A stretch of DNA of 64,000 bases from Candidatus Spongiihabitans sp. (GTDB lineage: Bacteria; Pseudomonadota; Gammaproteobacteria; Arenicellales; Poriferihabitantaceae), in the NCBI GenBank assembly GCA_965261335.1, contig OZ253450.1, forward strand, positions 892,347 through 956,346, written 5' to 3'. The notes below the pieces were generated by a model. The model was given only the letters and a program-made list of their open reading frames with translations, made no database searches and was not told the DNA's origin. Below are positions 32,501 to 45,035 of the stretch, piece after piece. A program made the position numbers and the translations under genes. Each line of letters starts with the position of its first letter. Positions within the stretch are counted from its first letter, which is position 1.

Positions 32501-35500
32501 CTGTTTGAATCAGGCGTTGCAAGTATCCTCAAACTGTTGCCATCAATCGTGAAGAATGCGTTGTCGGTATCACCCTCTCCAGTAGCCAATGTATATGTGA
32601 ATGTTTCACCCACATCTACACCATCATTAGACAATAGACCAACCCGCCTGTTAGCCGTTGCATCACGTGCCACTTTTGTTGAAGAAAGCCTAATATCCGT
32701 AGGCGGCTCGTTGACTGGTACGATTGTTACGATAATGGCTTGCGTGTCAATCGATACTCCGTCCGATACGGTAACCAGAACACTATATTTTTGGTCTGCG
32801 TTTTGATCAATCTTACCGAGCGAGTTTCTTGGATTTTCATAATCTGGAGTATACTCGTCTTTGAATCTTAATTCTCCTGCGTTATTTATCTCAAACAGTG
32901 CCGCATCGTCATTTGAAATCGTATAGGTCAAAGTATCCATATCCGTCACGGTGATGGTGACTACGTCATGTGTGTTTTCTAATAGCATTTTTTCATACGG
33001 AGAAACACCACCATCGGGGGAGGTAATCTCGGGAGTCGGATTAACGACAAGCGTCAAATCGTGCTCATTATCTGTTCCGAATAAATCAGTAGCCGCCGCT
33101 GATACTCGAATGCTATATGAAGTTCTTCCAGGAGGCAGTGCTTCTCTTATGGTCAGAACCCCGTCATTTAGACTAAAGAAACTGGCATCACCTCCGGAGG
33201 CAAGCATATAAGCTGGGGATTGACCATTAAGAAACGTGTTTTGAGCGGACATGGTTGCTATCGTATCATCTACTACAGCCGTGCTGCTCACCTGGAATAC
33301 GGGACTCGTGGATAATGTCTCATATTCTGGCAATGCCGCATTGATAATATACCAAGCACCTAGGTTTTGACTAAAAGCAGATGCATTAAACATACTATCC
33401 ATATTCGTTACACCGCGGACATCCCAACGGCTAATGTCTTGGTTAAAGGCAGTGGCACGAGCAAACATATACGTCATATTGGTCACATTGCTGACATCCC
33501 AATCACCAATATCTTGGTTAAATTCGTGAGCATATTCAAACATTGTGCCCATATTTTCAACATTGCTGACATCCCAATCGCCAATGTCTTGATTGAATTT
33601 TTCAGCATGCCTAAGCATACTCCACATATTTGTTACCTGAGACAAATCAGGTCGGTCGGTTGTTGTTTGTCCTGCTAGGTTGGTTGCTCCACTAAAAGCC
33701 CGTTCCATTGAAGTCCATTGCTGACTTCCCCATTGGTTAATGGCGATGATACTGTTGGAATTATCACTGCCATCCCCCGCATTAAAATAAATGCGCGGGA
33801 AGTCGCCACTAATACGGACGGTATGAGTCCCTGTATCGGCGTAAGTATGCGTGGCATTGCCGGTATAGGTCGTTGTATCTATGCCACCATCACCCCAATT
33901 TACGTTGTAATTATAGCCACTGCCTGTTGTTGGAATGGTGATGGTCTGACCTGCCGCTACGCTCCAAGTGGTAACAAAGTCATCTGTGCGTATTGATAAT
34001 GGGTCAGCGATAACAGTAATGGTAAATGTTCCTACAAGATCATGTACTCCATCACTGACATTGATTCTGATGTTGTAGCTTGATTTGCCTGCGGCGGGTG
34101 TGTTCTTTATTCTTAAACTGGGTCCATCAATTGTGAACAATGCGTTGTCGGTATCACCATCTCCGTCAACCAATGTATATACGAATGTTTCACCCGCATC
34201 TACATCGTTATTAGACAATAGACCAACCCGCCTATTATCCATTGCATCACTAGCCACTTTTGTTGAAGAAAGCCTAATATCCGTAGGCGGCTCGTTGACT
34301 GGTGCGATTGTTACGATAATGGTTTGCGTGTCGGTCGATACTCCGTCCGATACGGAGACCAATACCCTATATTCTTGGTCTTCGCTTTTATCTATATTAC
34401 CTTGTGCGTCCCTTGGGCTTTCATAATCTGGAATATACTCGTCTTTGAAACTTAATTCTCCTGCGTTATTTATCTCAAACAGTTCGGCATCGTCATTTAA
34501 AAGCGTATAGGTCAAAGTATCCGTATCCATCGCGGCGATGGTGGTGACCGTCTGTATGTTTTCTGCCAGCGTTATTTTATACGGAGAAACACCACCATTG
34601 GGGGAGGTAATCTCGGGGGTCGGATTAACGACAATGGTCAGATCGCGTTGATGGTTTTTTAAATATAAATAATCATTCATCAGTGATATGCGAATACTAT
34701 ATGAAGTTCTTCCAGCAGGCAGTGCTTCTCCTACGGTCAGAACCCCGTTATTTAGACTAAAGAAACGAGCATCATCTCCGATCAGCACATAAGACAGGGA
34801 TTGAGCGTTAAGAACCGTGTTTTGAGCGGCGATGGTTACTATCTCATCACCTGCTGCAGCCGCACTGCCCACCTGAAATGTGAGACTTTCTGGTAATGCC
34901 TCATCTGCGGGTAATGCCGCATCGACAATATACCAAGCACCTAGGTTTTGGTTAAAGGCAGTGGCACCCTCAAACATATCCTCCATATTCGTTACTTTCC
35001 TAACATCCCAACGGCTTATGTCTTGGTTAAAGGTAGCGGCTCCAGAAAACATTGCTCTCATAACTTCAACATTGCTGACATCCCAACCGCCAATGTCTTG
35101 GTTAAATTGGCTGGCATTCTCAAACATTCCCTTCATATCCGTTACCAAAGATAAATCAGGCTCATCGGTTGCTTGTCCTGCTAGGTTGGTCGCTCCTTCA
35201 AAAGCAGATCGCATTGAACTCCATTGCCCCGTTCCCCATTGGTTGATGGCGATGATGCTGTTGGAATTAGTATCGCCAGAACCCGCCCTAAAATAAATAT
35301 GCGGGAAGGTGCCGCTGATGTGGACGGTATAAGTCCCTGAATCGGCGTAAGTATGCCTTGCATGACGCGTGTGTACCGTGCTGCTACTGCTATCACCCCA
35401 ATTCACCGTATAGTTATAGCTTTCTAACAACCAGACTGGAATGGTAATTTCCTGATCTGCCGTTACCTGCCAAGTGGTCACGAAGTCGTCTGTTGATAGC

Positions 35501-38500
35501 AGGTCATTGCTAACGGTAATGGTAAATGTTTTGGAAAAATCATGTACTCCATCATTAACATTGATTCTGATGTTGTAGCTTGATTTATCTTCGGCAGGCG
35601 CGTTCTTTATTTTTAAACTGGTGCGATCAATTGTGAACAATGCGTTGTCGGTATCACCATCTCCGTCAACCAATGTATATACGAATGTTTCACCTTCATC
35701 TACATCGTTATTAGACAATAACCCAACCCGCCTGTTAGCCTCTGCAGTACGCTCCACTTCTGTTGAAGAAAGCCTAATCACGGTAGGCGGCTCGTTGACT
35801 GGCGTGATTGTTATTCTAATTTCCAGTGTATCGATCGATAACCCGTCCGATACAGTAACCAGAACGTGATATTCTTGGTCTGTGTTTTGGTCAATATTAC
35901 CTTGTGCGTCCCTTGGGTTCTCATAATCTGGAATATACTCGGCTTTGAATCTTAATTCTCCTGCGTTATTTATCTCAAACAGTTCGGCATCGGCATTTGA
36001 AAGCGTATAGGTCAAAGTATCCATATCCATCGTGGTGGTGATGGTGGTTACTGCCTGTGTGTTTTCTGCCAGCGTTATTTCATACGGAGAAACACCACCA
36101 TTGGGGGCGGTAATCTCGGTTCTATCATTAACGACAAAGCTCAAATCTCGATGATTATTTTTTCCAAATAAGTGACCAGTAACCTCTATGCGAATGCTAT
36201 ATGAAGTTTTTGCAGAAGTCGGGGCTTCCTTTATGCTCAGGACACCATCAGTGAGAGTAAAGAAGCTGGAATCACCTCCGGCGGCAAGCGTATAGCCCGA
36301 CCGATAACCCTTTAACTGCAAGTTTAAATAGGCATTCTGAGCCGTGAACCGTGTTACTTCGCCTCCTGCACTCAGTGTCGAGGAAATGACGAAGTCAGGC
36401 GCTGTGATATACCAAGCACCTAGATTTTGGTCAAAGGTGAACTTACCCTCGAATAGAGTGAACATACTACGCATTTCCGTTACTTTCCTAACATCCCAAC
36501 GCCCTATGTCTTGCTCAAAGGCAGTGGCTCCATCAAACATATAATCCATAGTGATCACATTGCTGACATCCCAATCGCCGATATCTTGGTTAAAGGCAGC
36601 GGCATACTGAAACAGAGCACTCATATCAGTTACACCACTAACATCCCAGTCGCCAATCTCTTGGTTAAATTTGCTAGCATTCTTAAACATTTCCGACATA
36701 TCCGTTACCCGAGATAAATAAGGTCGGTCGGTTGCTTTTCCAATCAGGTTGGTCGCCCCTTCAAAAGCAGATGCCATTGAAGTCCATTGCTGACTTCCCC
36801 ATTGGTTGATAGCGATGATACTGTTGGAATTGGTATTGCCAGAATCCGCATTAAAATAAATCTGTGGGAAGTCGCCGCCGATACGGACGGTATAAGTCCC
36901 TGACTCGGCGTAAGTATGCGTGGCATCGCCAGTTTGGGTAGTGCTGTGGTTTCCATCGCCCCAATTAACGGTGTAATTGTACGTTTCGGTAGAGTGTGTT
37001 GGAATGGTGATAGTCTGACCTGCCGTTACCTGCCAAGTGGTAACGAAGTTGTCCATGTTGCTCGGATCAACGACAATGGTCGCATCTCGGTGGTGGTTTG
37101 TTCCAAATAAGTCGCCAGCAGCCTCTATGCGAATATTATATGTTTTTGTCTCACCAGTGGTAGCAAGTACTGTTTTGGGGACAAGCTTATTCCCATCCAT
37201 CCTAAACGTTTCAGTCCCAGAAAGAAGCCTATAAACGGGGGATTGAGCGTTAAGAAACGTGTTTTGAGCAGTAAAGATTGCTATCTCTCCACCTGCATCC
37301 GTACTGTTCACATGGAATTCGAGGCTCGCTGTTAATGTTGCACCTGCTGCCGCATCGGTAATATACCAACGCCCTAGGTTTTGATTGCTGTTTTGATTGA
37401 AGGCATCGGCATTAGAAAACATACCATTCATATTGGTAACCTTTCGAACATCCCAGCGAAATAAGTTTTGGTTAAAGACAACGGCCCTTGAAAACATGCT
37501 AAACATAAAGGTAACCTTGCTAACATCCCAATCGCCGATGTCTTGGTTAAAGGCAGTGGCATTAGAAAACATAAACGCCATATTGGTCACATTGCTAACA
37601 TCCCAATCGCCGATGTCTTGGTTAAAAGCGGTGGCTTGAAAAAACATAGACGCCATATTGGTCGCATTGCTGACATCCCAATCACCAATATCTTGATTAA
37701 ATTTTCCAGTTCTAGAAAACATAGCAAACATATCCGTTACCCGAGACAAATCAGGTCGGTCGGTTGCTTGTCCTACTAGGTTAGTCGTTCCTGCAAAAGC
37801 TTCCTCCATTGAAGTCCATTGCTGACTTCCCCATTGGTTGATGGCGATAATACTGTTGGAATTGGTATTGCCATTCCCCGCACGAAAATAAATCTGTGGG
37901 AAACTGCCGCTGATGCGGACGGTATAAGTCCCTTTGTCATTGTAAGCATGCGTGGCACTGTCGGTCTGGTTAGTGCTGGTGTTTCCATCTCCCCAATTTA
38001 CGGTGTAACTATACGTTTCATCAGGGTGTGTTGGAATAGTAATTGCCTGACCTGCCTCTACCGCCCAAGTGGTAACAAATTCGTCTTCGGGATTCGGATT
38101 AACAACAATGGTCACATCTCGGTAATGGTTTGCTCCAAATAAATTGCCAGTAGCCCCTATGCGAATATTATATTCTTTTCTCTCAGCGGTAGCAGTAAGT
38201 GTCCCATTGAGGACATTCCCATCCATCCTAAACGTTTCAGTCCCAGAAAGAAGCCTATAAACGGGGGATTGACTATTAAGAAACGTGTTTTGAGCAGTGA
38301 AGGTTGCTATCTCATCACCTTCACCCGTACTGTTCGCATGGAATATGAGATCTTCTGGTAATGCCTCATTTGCGGGTAATGCCGCATCGACAATATACCA
38401 ACGCGCTAGGTTTTCGTAGTCTGGGTTAAAGTGGGTACCATCAAACATCTCCTCCATATAATCAACATTACGAACATCCCAGTCGCTAATGTCTTGATTA

Positions 38501-41500
38501 AAGGCAGCGGCACCCTTAAACATAGTTCTCATATCTGTTACTCCAGATAAATCAGGCGTATCGTCGGCTTCTCCAAAAAAACTATCCGCTCCTTCAAAAG
38601 CACCATTCATTGAAGTCCATTTCTGATTTCCCCATTGCTGGATGGAGGAGAATTTCCTGAATAAATCTTGATCAGTACCCTTAAAATAAATACGTGGGAA
38701 AGTGCCACTGATACGGACGGTATGATACCCCCCGTCATCATACTCATGTGTGGCAGTGGCAGTTTCGTTAGTGCTGATGTTTCCATCGCCCCAATCAACG
38801 GTGTAATTGTACGTTTCATCATCTTCGTCTGCTATATTCGTGAAGGTTGGAATGGTGATAGTCTGACCTGCCTCTGCCGTCCAATTGGTAACAAATTCGG
38901 TTTCGGGATTCGGATTAACAACAATGGTCACATCTCGGTAATTGTTTGTTCCAAATAAGCTGCCAGTAGCCTCTATGCGAATATTATATGATTTTCTCTC
39001 ATCAGTAGCGACTGTTTTGAGGACAAGCCTATTCCCGTCCAGCCTAAACGTTTCAGTCCCAGAAAGAAGCGTATAAGATGGGGATTGAGCGTTAAGAGCC
39101 CCGTTTTGAGCAGTGAAAGTTGTTATCTCATCACCCACTACAGCCGTACCGGGCACCAGAAATATGAGGCTTTCTGGTAATGCCTCATCTGCGGGTAATG
39201 CCGCATTGACAATATACCAAGCACCTAGATTTCGATTGCCGTTTTGGTTAAAGTCGGTGGTGCCATCAAACATATCCCTCATATTCATTGTTTTCCTAAC
39301 ATCCCAACGGCTCATGTCTTGGTCAAAAACGATGGCATTAGCAAACATCTGCCTCATAGTGATCGCATTGCTGACATCCCAATCGCCAATATCCTGGTTA
39401 AAGTCGTTCGCATGCTCAAACATAAACGCCATATTGGTCACATTGCTGACATCCCAACCGCCAATATCCTGGTTAAATTTACTAGCATACCTAAACATAG
39501 ATTTCATATTCGATACATGAGCCAAAACAGGTTGGTCGGTTGCTTGTCCTGCTAGGTTAGTCGCTCCTTCAAAAGCAGCATTCATTGAAGTCCATTGCTG
39601 ACTTCCCCATTGGTTGATGGCGATGATACTGTTGGAATTGGTATTGCCAGAACCCGCATTAAAATAAATCTGTGGGAAACTGCCGCTGATGCGGACGATA
39701 TAAGTATCTGCGGTATCATACTCATGTGTGGCATTGGCTAGCTGATCGGTGCTGAACTGTCCATCGCCCCAATTTACGGTGTAACTATACGTTTCATTAG
39801 GGTGTGTTGGAATAGTAATTGCCTGACCTGCCTCTACCGCCCAAGTGGTAACAAATTCGGTTTCGGGAATCGGATCAACAACAATGGTCACATCTCGGTG
39901 ATGGTTTGCTCCAAATAAATTGCCAGTAGCCTCTATGCGAATATTATGTTCTTTTCTCTCAGCGGTAGCAGTAAGTGTCTCATTGAGGACAAGCTTATTC
40001 CCATCTATCCTAAACGTTTCAGTCCCAGAAAGAAGCCTATAAACGGGGGATTGACCATTAAGAAACGTGTTTTGAGCAGTGAAGCTTGCTATCTTATCAC
40101 CTTCACCCGTACTGTTCGCATGGAATGTGATATCTTCTGGTAATGCCTCATCTGCGGGTAATGCCGCATCGACAATATACCAACGCGCTAGGTTATGGTT
40201 AAAGAAGGTACCATCAAACATCTGCTCCATATTATTAACATTACGAACATCCCAGTCGCTAATGTCTTGAGTAAAGGTAGTGGCACCTTTAAACATAGTT
40301 CTCATATCTGTTACTCCAGATAAATCAGGCGTATCGTCGGCTTCTCCAAAAAAACTATCCGCTCCTTCAAAAGCACCATTCATTGAAGTCCATTTCTGAT
40401 TTCCCCATTGCTGGATGGAGGAGAATCTCCTGAATAAATCTTGATCAGTACCCTTAAAATAAATACGTGGGAAAGTGCCACTGATACGGACTTCATGCAA
40501 CCCCGAATACTGCCCGTTATCATGCACAACATGTGTGGCATTGCCAGTTTGGTTAGTGCTGATGTTTCCATCGCCCCAATCCACGGTGTAACTATACGTT
40601 TCATCAGGGTGTGTTGGAATGGTAATTTCCTCACCTGCCCCTGCCACCCAAAGGGTAACAAATTCGGTTTCGGGATTCGGATTAACAACAATGGTCACAT
40701 CTCGGTAATTGTTTGTTCCAAATAAGCTGCCAGTAGCCTCTATGCGAATATTATATGATTCTGTCTCATCAGTAGCGACTGTTTTGAGGACAAGCCTATT
40801 CCCGTCCAGCCTAAACGTTTCAGTCCCAGAAAGAAGCGTATAAGATGGGGATTGAGCGTTAAGAGCCCCGTTTTGAGCAGTGAAAGTTGTTATCTCATCA
40901 CCCACTACAGCCGTACCGGGCACCAGAAATATGAGGCTTTCTGGTAATGCCTCATCTGCGGGTAATGCCTCATCGACAATATACCAAGCACCTAGGTTTT
41001 GGTTAAAGGCAGTGGCACCAGCAAGCATACCAACCATACTCACTTTCCTAACATCCCAATGGCTTATGTCTTGGTTAAAGTCGGTGGCATCACGAAACAT
41101 TTCCGTCATAGTGGTCACGCTACTGACATCCCAATCGCCAATGTCTTGGTTAAAGTCGGTGGCATCACGAAACATTTCCGTCATAGTGGTCACGCTACTG
41201 ACATCCCAATCGCCAATGTCTTGGTTAAAGTCGGTGGCATCACGAAACATTTCCGTCATAGTGGTCACGCTACTGACATCCCAATCGCCAATGTCTTGAT
41301 TAAATTTTTCAGCATCTCTAAACATACCCGACATACCTGTTACCCGAGATAAATCAGGTCTATCGGTTGCTTGTCCCTCTAGGTTGGTCGCTCCAGTAAA
41401 AGCATATTCCATTGAAGTCCATTGCCCCGTTCCCCATTGGTTGATGGCGATGATACTGCGGGAATTAGGATTGCCAGCACTCACATTAAAATAAATGCGC

Positions 41501-41793
41501 GGGAAGTCGCCGCTGATACGGACGGTATAAGTCCCTGTGGCATCATACACATGCTTGGCATCACCGTCATATACGTTGTTGTCTTCTGCTTCACTACCGC
41601 CCCAATTAACGGTGTAACTATACGTTCCACCAGCCTCTGTTGGAATGGTAATTTCCTGACCTGCCCCTGCCGCCCAAGTGGTAACAAAGTCGTCTGTATC
41701 GTCAGCCTGTATCGGATTGGTGATAACCAACAGCACGAAAAAGGTGACGTGCCCAATGAGAAAAACCAATCGTACCAATTCAATCAACTGCAT
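29506..41793 (-). CDS. Secreted 4095-aa surface protein: 9 DUF285 (BspA-like) modules, cadherin-like and Ig domains, C-terminal duplicated dockerin-like domain, no barrel
   Basis: Signal peptide ending NPIQA; nine FVT[T/L/N]W-initiated modules each followed by [20 protein letters not shown] repeats; cadherin-like motifs ([23 protein letters not shown]); C-terminus 2x [20 protein letters not shown]. Confidence 0.93.
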   Translation of the reverse strand: MQLIELVRLVFLIGHVTFFVLLVITNPIQADDTDDFVTTWAAGAGQEITIPTEAGGTYSYTVNWGGSEAEDNNVYDGDAKHVYDATGTYTVRISGDFPRIYFNVSAGNPNSRSIIAINQWGTGQWTSMEYAFTGATNLEGQATDRPDLSRVTGMSGMFRDAEKFNQDIGDWDVSSVTTMTEMFRDATDFNQDIGDWDVSSVTTMTEMFRDATDFNQDIGDWDVSSVTTMTEMFRDATDFNQDISHWDVRKVSMVGMLAGATAFNQNLGAWYIVDEALPADEALPESLIFLVPGTAVVGDEITTFTAQNGALNAQSPSYTLLSGTETFRLDGNRLVLKTVATDETESYNIRIEATGSLFGTNNYRDVTIVVNPNPETEFVTLWVAGAGEEITIPTHPDETYSYTVDWGDGNISTNQTGNATHVVHDNGQYSGLHEVRISGTFPRIYFKGTDQDLFRRFSSIQQWGNQKWTSMNGAFEGADSFFGEADDTPDLSGVTDMRTMFKGATTFTQDISDWDVRNVNNMEQMFDGTFFNHNLARWYIVDAALPADEALPEDITFHANSTGEGDKIASFTAQNTFLNGQSPVYRLLSGTETFRIDGNKLVLNETLTATAERKEHNIRIEATGNLFGANHHRDVTIVVDPIPETEFVTTWAVEAGQAITIPTHPNETYSYTVNWGDGQFSTDQLANATHEYDTADTYIVRISGSFPQIYFNAGSGNTNSNSIIAINQWGSQQWTSMNAAFEGATNLAGQATDQPVLAHVSNMKSMFRYASKFNQDIGGWDVSNVTNMAFMFEHANDFNQDIGDWDVSNAITMRQMFANAIVFDQDMSRWDVRKTMNMRDMFDGTTDFNQNGNRNLGAWYIVNAALPADEALPESLIFLVPGTAVVGDEITTFTAQNGALNAQSPSYTLLSGTETFRLDGNRLVLKTVATDERKSYNIRIEATGSLFGTNNYRDVTIVVNPNPETEFVTNWTAEAGQTITIPTFTNIADEDDETYNYTVDWGDGNISTNETATATHEYDDGGYHTVRISGTFPRIYFKGTDQDLFRKFSSIQQWGNQKWTSMNGAFEGADSFFGEADDTPDLSGVTDMRTMFKGAAAFNQDISDWDVRNVDYMEEMFDGTHFNPDYENLARWYIVDAALPANEALPEDLIFHANSTGEGDEIATFTAQNTFLNSQSPVYRLLSGTETFRMDGNVLNGTLTATAERKEYNIRIGATGNLFGANHYRDVTIVVNPNPEDEFVTTWAVEAGQAITIPTHPDETYSYTVNWGDGNTSTNQTDSATHAYNDKGTYTVRISGSFPQIYFRAGNGNTNSNSIIAINQWGSQQWTSMEEAFAGTTNLVGQATDRPDLSRVTDMFAMFSRTGKFNQDIGDWDVSNATNMASMFFQATAFNQDIGDWDVSNVTNMAFMFSNATAFNQDIGDWDVSKVTFMFSMFSRAVVFNQNLFRWDVRKVTNMNGMFSNADAFNQNSNQNLGRWYITDAAAGATLTASLEFHVNSTDAGGEIAIFTAQNTFLNAQSPVYRLLSGTETFRMDGNKLVPKTVLATTGETKTYNIRIEAAGDLFGTNHHRDATIVVDPSNMDNFVTTWQVTAGQTITIPTHSTETYNYTVNWGDGNHSTTQTGDATHTYAESGTYTVRIGGDFPQIYFNADSGNTNSNSIIAINQWGSQQWTSMASAFEGATNLIGKATDRPYLSRVTDMSEMFKNASKFNQEIGDWDVSGVTDMSALFQYAAAFNQDIGDWDVSNVITMDYMFDGATAFEQDIGRWDVRKVTEMRSMFTLFEGKFTFDQNLGAWYITAPDFVISSTLSAGGEVTRFTAQNAYLNLQLKGYRSGYTLAAGGDSSFFTLTDGVLSIKEAPTSAKTSYSIRIEVTGHLFGKNNHRDLSFVVNDRTEITAPNGGVSPYEITLAENTQAVTTITTTMDMDTLTYTLSNADAELFEINNAGELRFKAEYIPDYENPRDAQGNIDQNTDQEYHVLVTVSDGLSIDTLEIRITITPVNEPPTVIRLSSTEVERTAEANRRVGLLSNNDVDEGETFVYTLVDGDGDTDNALFTIDRTSLKIKNAPAEDKSSYNIRINVNDGVHDFSKTFTITVSNDLLSTDDFVTTWQVTADQEITIPVWLLESYNYTVNWGDSSSSTVHTRHARHTYADSGTYTVHISGTFPHIYFRAGSGDTNSNSIIAINQWGTGQWSSMRSAFEGATNLAGQATDEPDLSLVTDMKGMFENASQFNQDIGGWDVSNVEVMRAMFSGAATFNQDISRWDVRKVTNMEDMFEGATAFNQNLGAWYIVDAALPADEALPESLTFQVGSAAAAGDEIVTIAAQNTVLNAQSLSYVLIGDDARFFSLNNGVLTVGEALPAGRTSYSIRISLMNDYLYLKNHQRDLTIVVNPTPEITSPNGGVSPYKITLAENIQTVTTIAAMDTDTLTYTLLNDDAELFEINNAGELSFKDEYIPDYESPRDAQGNIDKSEDQEYRVLVSVSDGVSTDTQTIIVTIAPVNEPPTDIRLSSTKVASDAMDNRRVGLLSNNDVDAGETFVYTLVDGDGDTDNALFTIDGPSLRIKNTPAAGKSSYNIRINVSDGVHDLVGTFTITVIADPLSIRTDDFVTTWSVAAGQTITIPTTGSGYNYNVNWGDGGIDTTTYTGNATHTYADTGTHTVRISGDFPRIYFNAGDGSDNSNSIIAINQWGSQQWTSMERAFSGATNLAGQTTTDRPDLSQVTNMWSMLRHAEKFNQDIGDWDVSNVENMGTMFEYAHEFNQDIGDWDVSNVTNMTYMFARATAFNQDISRWDVRGVTNMDSMFNASAFSQNLGAWYIINAALPEYETLSTSPVFQVSSTAVVDDTIATMSAQNTFLNGQSPAYMLASGGDASFFSLNDGVLTIREALPPGRTSYSIRVSAAATDLFGTDNEHDLTLVVNPTPEITSPDGGVSPYEKMLLENTHDVVTITVTDMDTLTYTISNDDAALFEINNAGELRFKDEYTPDYENPRNSLGKIDQNADQKYSVLVTVSDGVSIDTQAIIVTIVPVNEPPTDIRLSSTKVARDATANRRVGLLSNDGVDVGETFTYTLATGEGDTDNAFFTIDGNSLRILATPDSNRGTYSIRISVEDRLHDFSRVFMITVTDNPLSISADDFVTTWAVEAGQEITIPTHPDGTYSYTVNWGDGNTSTNQSSGSTHQYTSEGKYKVSISGTFPRIYFNTTSRSFGNPTPQVINANSLIAINQWGNRRWTSMESAFKGAIDLAGQATDRPDLSRVTDMSFMFRSARIFNQDIGDWDVRNVNNMGEMFSEATAFNQDIGDWDVSNVNNMGEMFYGARTFNQDIGDWDVSNVNNMYYMFSTALVFNQDIGHWDVSSVTNMEGVFFSATVFNQDMNLWDVRNVINMDYMFHSANAFEQNLGRWYITDAAFPADETLTASLTLPVSSLAVEDDEIATITAQNRFLNGKNPVYTLLSGTETFRLDGNKLVLKTVLTADSYTIEIASTVMNEFGMDNRRRVIIKRDIDKPTRPIITTQAQTINTAVFTLTGTADARATVQLLRGGTISASAKADKNGAWTIPVTLEEGNNTITVTAKDRAGHISIQSEAVIITLDTDRPGVTITSASGSNSATINDRALSYTAIFDEVVNGFDAGDITVTGTANLGSPSVTIFSATDSRTYTFNVEATTDGSVTVSIAAGVAQDIAGNGNDASNAYALTIDSTAPSVSITTNTPQSVNAGSFTLTGDAETGSTVELLKGTESLGTATATNGTWTITVTLEEGANTITATATDAAGNVSTPSASVTITLDSVAPTVTITSTSGGNGGTANTRTLSYTAIFSEAVNGFDEGDITVIGTANLGSPSVTIFSATDSKTYTFNAIATSDGSVTVSIAAEVAHDVAGNGNTAFSGLTLTVDILAPPSIMLSTNTVIATAGIAIDPIIIATGGDTVTRYDIDPPIANGLLFSTATGTISGVPSMSATSITYTIIAENSAGSGTATVSITVNVAAPTFNLDVSGDGVFTHIDGLIILRYASLGDNSGVISGLGNLDRTIGEIGEIIERGGGLLDVSGDGVFTHIDGLIILRYASLGDNSGVISGLGNLNHTIEEIGAHIETLIPPSSDN
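29560..29845 (-). repeat. Dockerin-like duplicated calcium-binding loop-helix (159-bp period)
   Basis: [36 protein letters not shown] occurs twice, 53 aa apart (DNA copies start at 29572 and 29731); pattern D-x-S-x-D-G-x5-D followed by an amphipathic helix. Confidence 0.8.
41066..41298 (-). repeat. Three exact 75-bp tandem repeats (25-aa DUF285 unit)
   Basis: [25 protein letters not shown] x3; DNA copies start at 41066, 41141, 41216. Confidence 0.95.
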
Positions 41794-41849
41794 TTGGATG
41801 CCTTATTAAGAGTCGAGTACAAATTAGACCGCACACATTAGGATTTGAA

Positions 41850-41910
41850 GGGGGGGGGGGTAGTGTAAGTAGTAACTTAACTTTTATCATCTTTTTACTG
41901 ATTATGTCAA
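41850..41910 (-). promoter_or_regulatory. Putative sigma70 promoter and poly-C(11) tract upstream of the operon
   Basis: Minus strand: TTGACA (41910-41905), 18 bp, TAAAAG preceded by TG-A (weak -10 match); G11 on the plus strand at 41850-41860, 57 bp upstream of the ATG. Confidence 0.55.
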
Positions 41911-42317
41911 TACAAAAAAGCAACATATTTGTTCAAACCCCAGAACCGCAGATAGAAATCCCTAAAACGTAAGGAGCCTTGGTGATATAATGGTTCACAC
42001 TAAAACCTTCCATCATCCAGTGGGTGTACAATTCAAGGCTTATGGCTATGCTACCATACAAACTCGATACAAGGCATCGAGTATGCCATTCGAGCCAAGA
42101 CCAGCGCGGCTATGTGCACACAGATAGCGGTGGTAAGTGCTTCGGACTGGATACCCTTCCTCGATAAAAAAGGCGAAGCGGTCAGTAGTCAGGATACCTA
42201 CCGCACCAGCTTCTGTATCGGTATTATGCAAAAGCCTTCACCCTGATCATTCAGAGAACAGCCGTTATAGGTCGAACGAGTCTGGATTTAGGTTCACCCG
42301 ATAGTGCAGAGGAACTG

Positions 42318-42460
42318 AACGACCACCGTCTAAAGACGGTGGGTTGAAAGGACGGACTGAAAGTCCCGTTGATAGGCTAAAGCCGATTCGTCACGACTCA
42401 ACATCAAAGTGATCATTCGGGTTACGCTCGAAATGGTACTCCAAATATTCCTTAATCATT
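42318..42460 (-). mobile_element. tnpA: IS200/IS605-family remnant (tnpA C-terminus and end hairpin)
   Basis: Minus strand encodes MIKEYLEYHFERNPNDHFDVES*, like the Y1 transposase C-terminal helix with the catalytic Tyr; adjacent hairpin CCACCGTCT-AA-AGACGGTGG. Confidence 0.7.
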
Positions 42461-43095
42461 TATTCCTGACTTTCGACGATAGCATAGGGTAAACTCACCC
42501 CATAGTTCGTTCGAGTTAAATCTACACCCAATAGCCCAAGACAATCGGTTCAGATTGTGCAATCCGTTCGTGTCGGCGATAAGGTCAAACAAAAGATTGT
42601 GCGGCATGGACATGTGATGACGATGAGCTGGCGCACGTTGAAGGTTTTGGCCGAATGTCGTCAGGGCAAAATTGAATACAGGCATCAGCCCAGCATGAGA
42701 CGGTGCCAAACAGATGATTGAAGCGAAAGCAGCAAAAGACCAATCGTCCAAAGCCACCTTGAATGTTGATCTGATGCAGATGGTGGAGGAACAACGTGTG
42801 GTGCTGGGCATCCATAGAGGTATATGACGAGGTCTATCGCCAGTTGTCTTCGATACCCTGTTGCTGAAGAAGCGGTATCATGCCTCCCATGAAAGGCCAC
42901 TGGTCGGTTACGAAGTATTCCCGGGTGCCGCTTTCGAGGGACATAGCCTAATCAGAGTTTTGAGACTATGCAAGCACGCTATGATGTCCGGAAAATGATC
43001 TTTGTCGCTGATCGGGGCATGCTTAATGAAGACAATCTGCATGCCATGAGATGAGGCGAGTGCTTATTACATTGTCGGGGCGAAACTAAAACAAT

Positions 43096-43664
43096 GGCGA
43101 ATTCAACCCATAAGTGCAACACTCGGGTTTATATTATGATCTATTCCCATTGCGTGGGAAAAGACATCCCAAGGGGTTTTATACCCCAAACATTTTCTAG
43201 GTCGGTTATTCATTAAATCGGTCGCTTTGAACCGCTCTTTTTCGGTGACTTTATGCAAAGGCATTTTCTTTGGAAAAAACTGCCTGAACAAAAAGCATGA
43301 GCAAAAAATATGAGCAAGCCATTGTGCCAGATGATTATTTGGCACAATGGCTTGCTCCCAAGAGTGATACGGTTTAGCGTCGTTAAGTTTCACACTCGAG
43401 TTGTTTGGCAAGCTCACTATGCCAACAAAATTCTCTGCCGTTATCAAAGGTTAGTGTCATTACATGTTGTTTCATATGCTTTAACAACCTGAGTATAGCC
43501 ACGTTGGTTTCTTTTGCGGTTTTGTTCTTAGTCCGAAGTGCGAGATAAAGCCTACTTTTGCGTTCAGCAAGGGTGGCAAACACCCCTTGACGACCCTTAC
43601 CGATAACACAATCAGCCTCCCCCCTCTATCACTACGCCTATACGCGAACGATTGTCCACTATAC
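43096..43664 (-). mobile_element. IS30-family element copy C (3' half)
   Basis: End TGGCGAATTCAACCCATAAGTGCAACA; ORFs 43383..43583 and 43103..43447 nearly identical to copy B; cut off by an IS5 end. Confidence 0.9.
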
Positions 43665-43790
43665 TAGTCAGCCCTTAAAAACATCTAAACAGTTTGATTT
43701 ATATCAATAAAACAAACAAAACCATTAACCAAATCAACCGCTTTATGTTAGAATAACCGTTGTTTTCTGGTCGTTTTAGTTAAAACATTA
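43665..43790 (+). mobile_element. Isolated left end of the IS5-family element
   Basis: TAGTCAGCCCTTAAAAACATCTAAA... is the near-exact reverse complement of 8413-8537 and stops just before the transposase start. Confidence 0.85.
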
Positions 43791-44585
43791 CCTAATTACC
43801 ACCTAACATAAGCCTATATTCAGCAAGTTTTCCGGCATCGGTGGCGTTCTGAGTGCGGCACAAGCAAGCCTGGGAATGAGGTTGCTCAAATCAAAACGAT
43901 GATTGAAACGATACTGAAATTCTGCCAAGTATCGCTGAGCATATTTAGGTCGAATAGCATGATAGGTACTACATAAGAAGCACTTTAAGTTACCCAGAAT
44001 CGTATTGACCCACCTGATTATAGAACTCAAGAACTCGGGTTTTTCGACAGACGCTCTCCCGCCGCCGAGATAGGCATCATCCAATTCAATCAACCCGGAT
44101 AGTTTGTTATTGTGATCCCGCTCCATCATCACCTGCATAAGCTTGTGCTTCATCCGCCATGCGGCATTGTAGGAAATACCCAGGTGACGATGCAGTTTCA
44201 TGGCCGAGATGCCTTTCTTGTCCTGTGTGATCAGATAGATACCCTGGAACCATAGCGTGAGCGGTAGTTTGGTGGATTCAAAGATGGTTCCAGCCGTCAG
44301 TGATGTCTGGCGATTGCAGCGATTGCACTGCTGAAGTTTGCGATTGGTTAACTGGCAGAACTTGTCGTGACCACAGGCCGGACACTGGAACCCTTTGGTC
44401 CACCGCCAAGCATAAAGCACATCGAAGCATTGGGCTTCGGTACCGTACTGTTTGATAAAATCGTTCAAACTAACCCCTTTCTGGAATTGCACCTTATTAC
44501 GCACCATGACATACCCCTTATGAATTAAATAGATAGACTGTGATTATATACAGGTAAGAGCGACTTATCTATGGTGGTAATTAGG
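43791..44585 (-). mobile_element. IS1595-family element with internally deleted transposase (ORF 43803..44507)
   Basis: Zn-ribbon CPACG...CNRC, SLTAGTIF, IELDDAYLGG, YLAEFQYRFN; the segment between LGG and RWVNTILGNLK is much shorter than in intact members; perfect 13-bp inverted repeats CCTAATTACCACC / GGTGGTAATTAGG. Confidence 0.88.
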
Positions 44586-44968
44586 ACGGTTTTTGAGTAA
44601 AACTCTCGGCAATATCTGCTGTAATTGCCAGCCATAAGACTTGAAAGAGAGATTCACAGGCTCTTGAAGCACTAGTGCCACTCTATCTGGGGATTTGGGC
44701 TTGTCACCTGAAGTTATTCGTAATGCCTTGATTCATGTGCAACACAGTGTGTTCAAACACAAGTGCGCCCAGAAAAGCTATGTCATGCCTTCTCAAATCA
44801 ATCCAGAGGCAAAAAAATCTATTCCGTGATGGGATTAAAAGGACCACCACAGCTTACCCACTGTACTGATTGGTATAATTCCTCAATATTTGGGCATTTG
44901 TAGTGCCTAGGTATTTTTGTGTTTCTTTATAAATCAATGAATTATGAGGGTGAGCCGTCGAAGTCAGG

Positions 44969-45035
44969 AAAGAGACACTGCTTGATCTGTGGACTTACTG
45001 CGATGATAAATTAACCCGAGCGTTCTTTAAGAAAT
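44969..45035 (+). mobile_element. Short internal fragment of a diverged ISL3 copy
   Basis: AAGAGACACTGCTTGATCTGTGGACTTACTGCGATGATAA...TTCTTTAAGAAATGG matches 46027-46094 with several substitutions. Confidence 0.7.

Larger units (their letters stand above)
42465..44968 (+). mobile_element. IS1634-family element, decayed and interrupted by nested IS
   Basis: Ends CCTGACTTTCGACG (42465) and CGTCGAAGTCAGG (44968); fragments KSTPNSPRQSVQIVQSVRVGDKVKQKIVRH, GYEVFPG, IFVADRGMLNEDNL, YIVGAKLK, and C-terminal LSPEVIRNALIHVQ. Confidence 0.78.

Noticed and set aside
41066-41298. Regular short repeats resembling a CRISPR array
   Set aside because: In-frame 75-bp coding repeats with no unique spacers and no cas genes.
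1-41793. Diversity-generating retroelement as the source of DUF285 variation
   Set aside because: No reverse transcriptase, no non-coding template repeat, and differences are not restricted to adenines.
29506-41793. RTX/type I secreted adhesin or true cellulosome enzyme
   Set aside because: No GGxGxD repeats or T1SS genes, a Sec signal is present, and no glycoside hydrolase motif is recognisable.
41960-42250. Possible IS1380-like 5' remnant (MLPYKLDT after a TATAAT)
   Set aside because: Resemblance is limited to about eight residues, too little to call.
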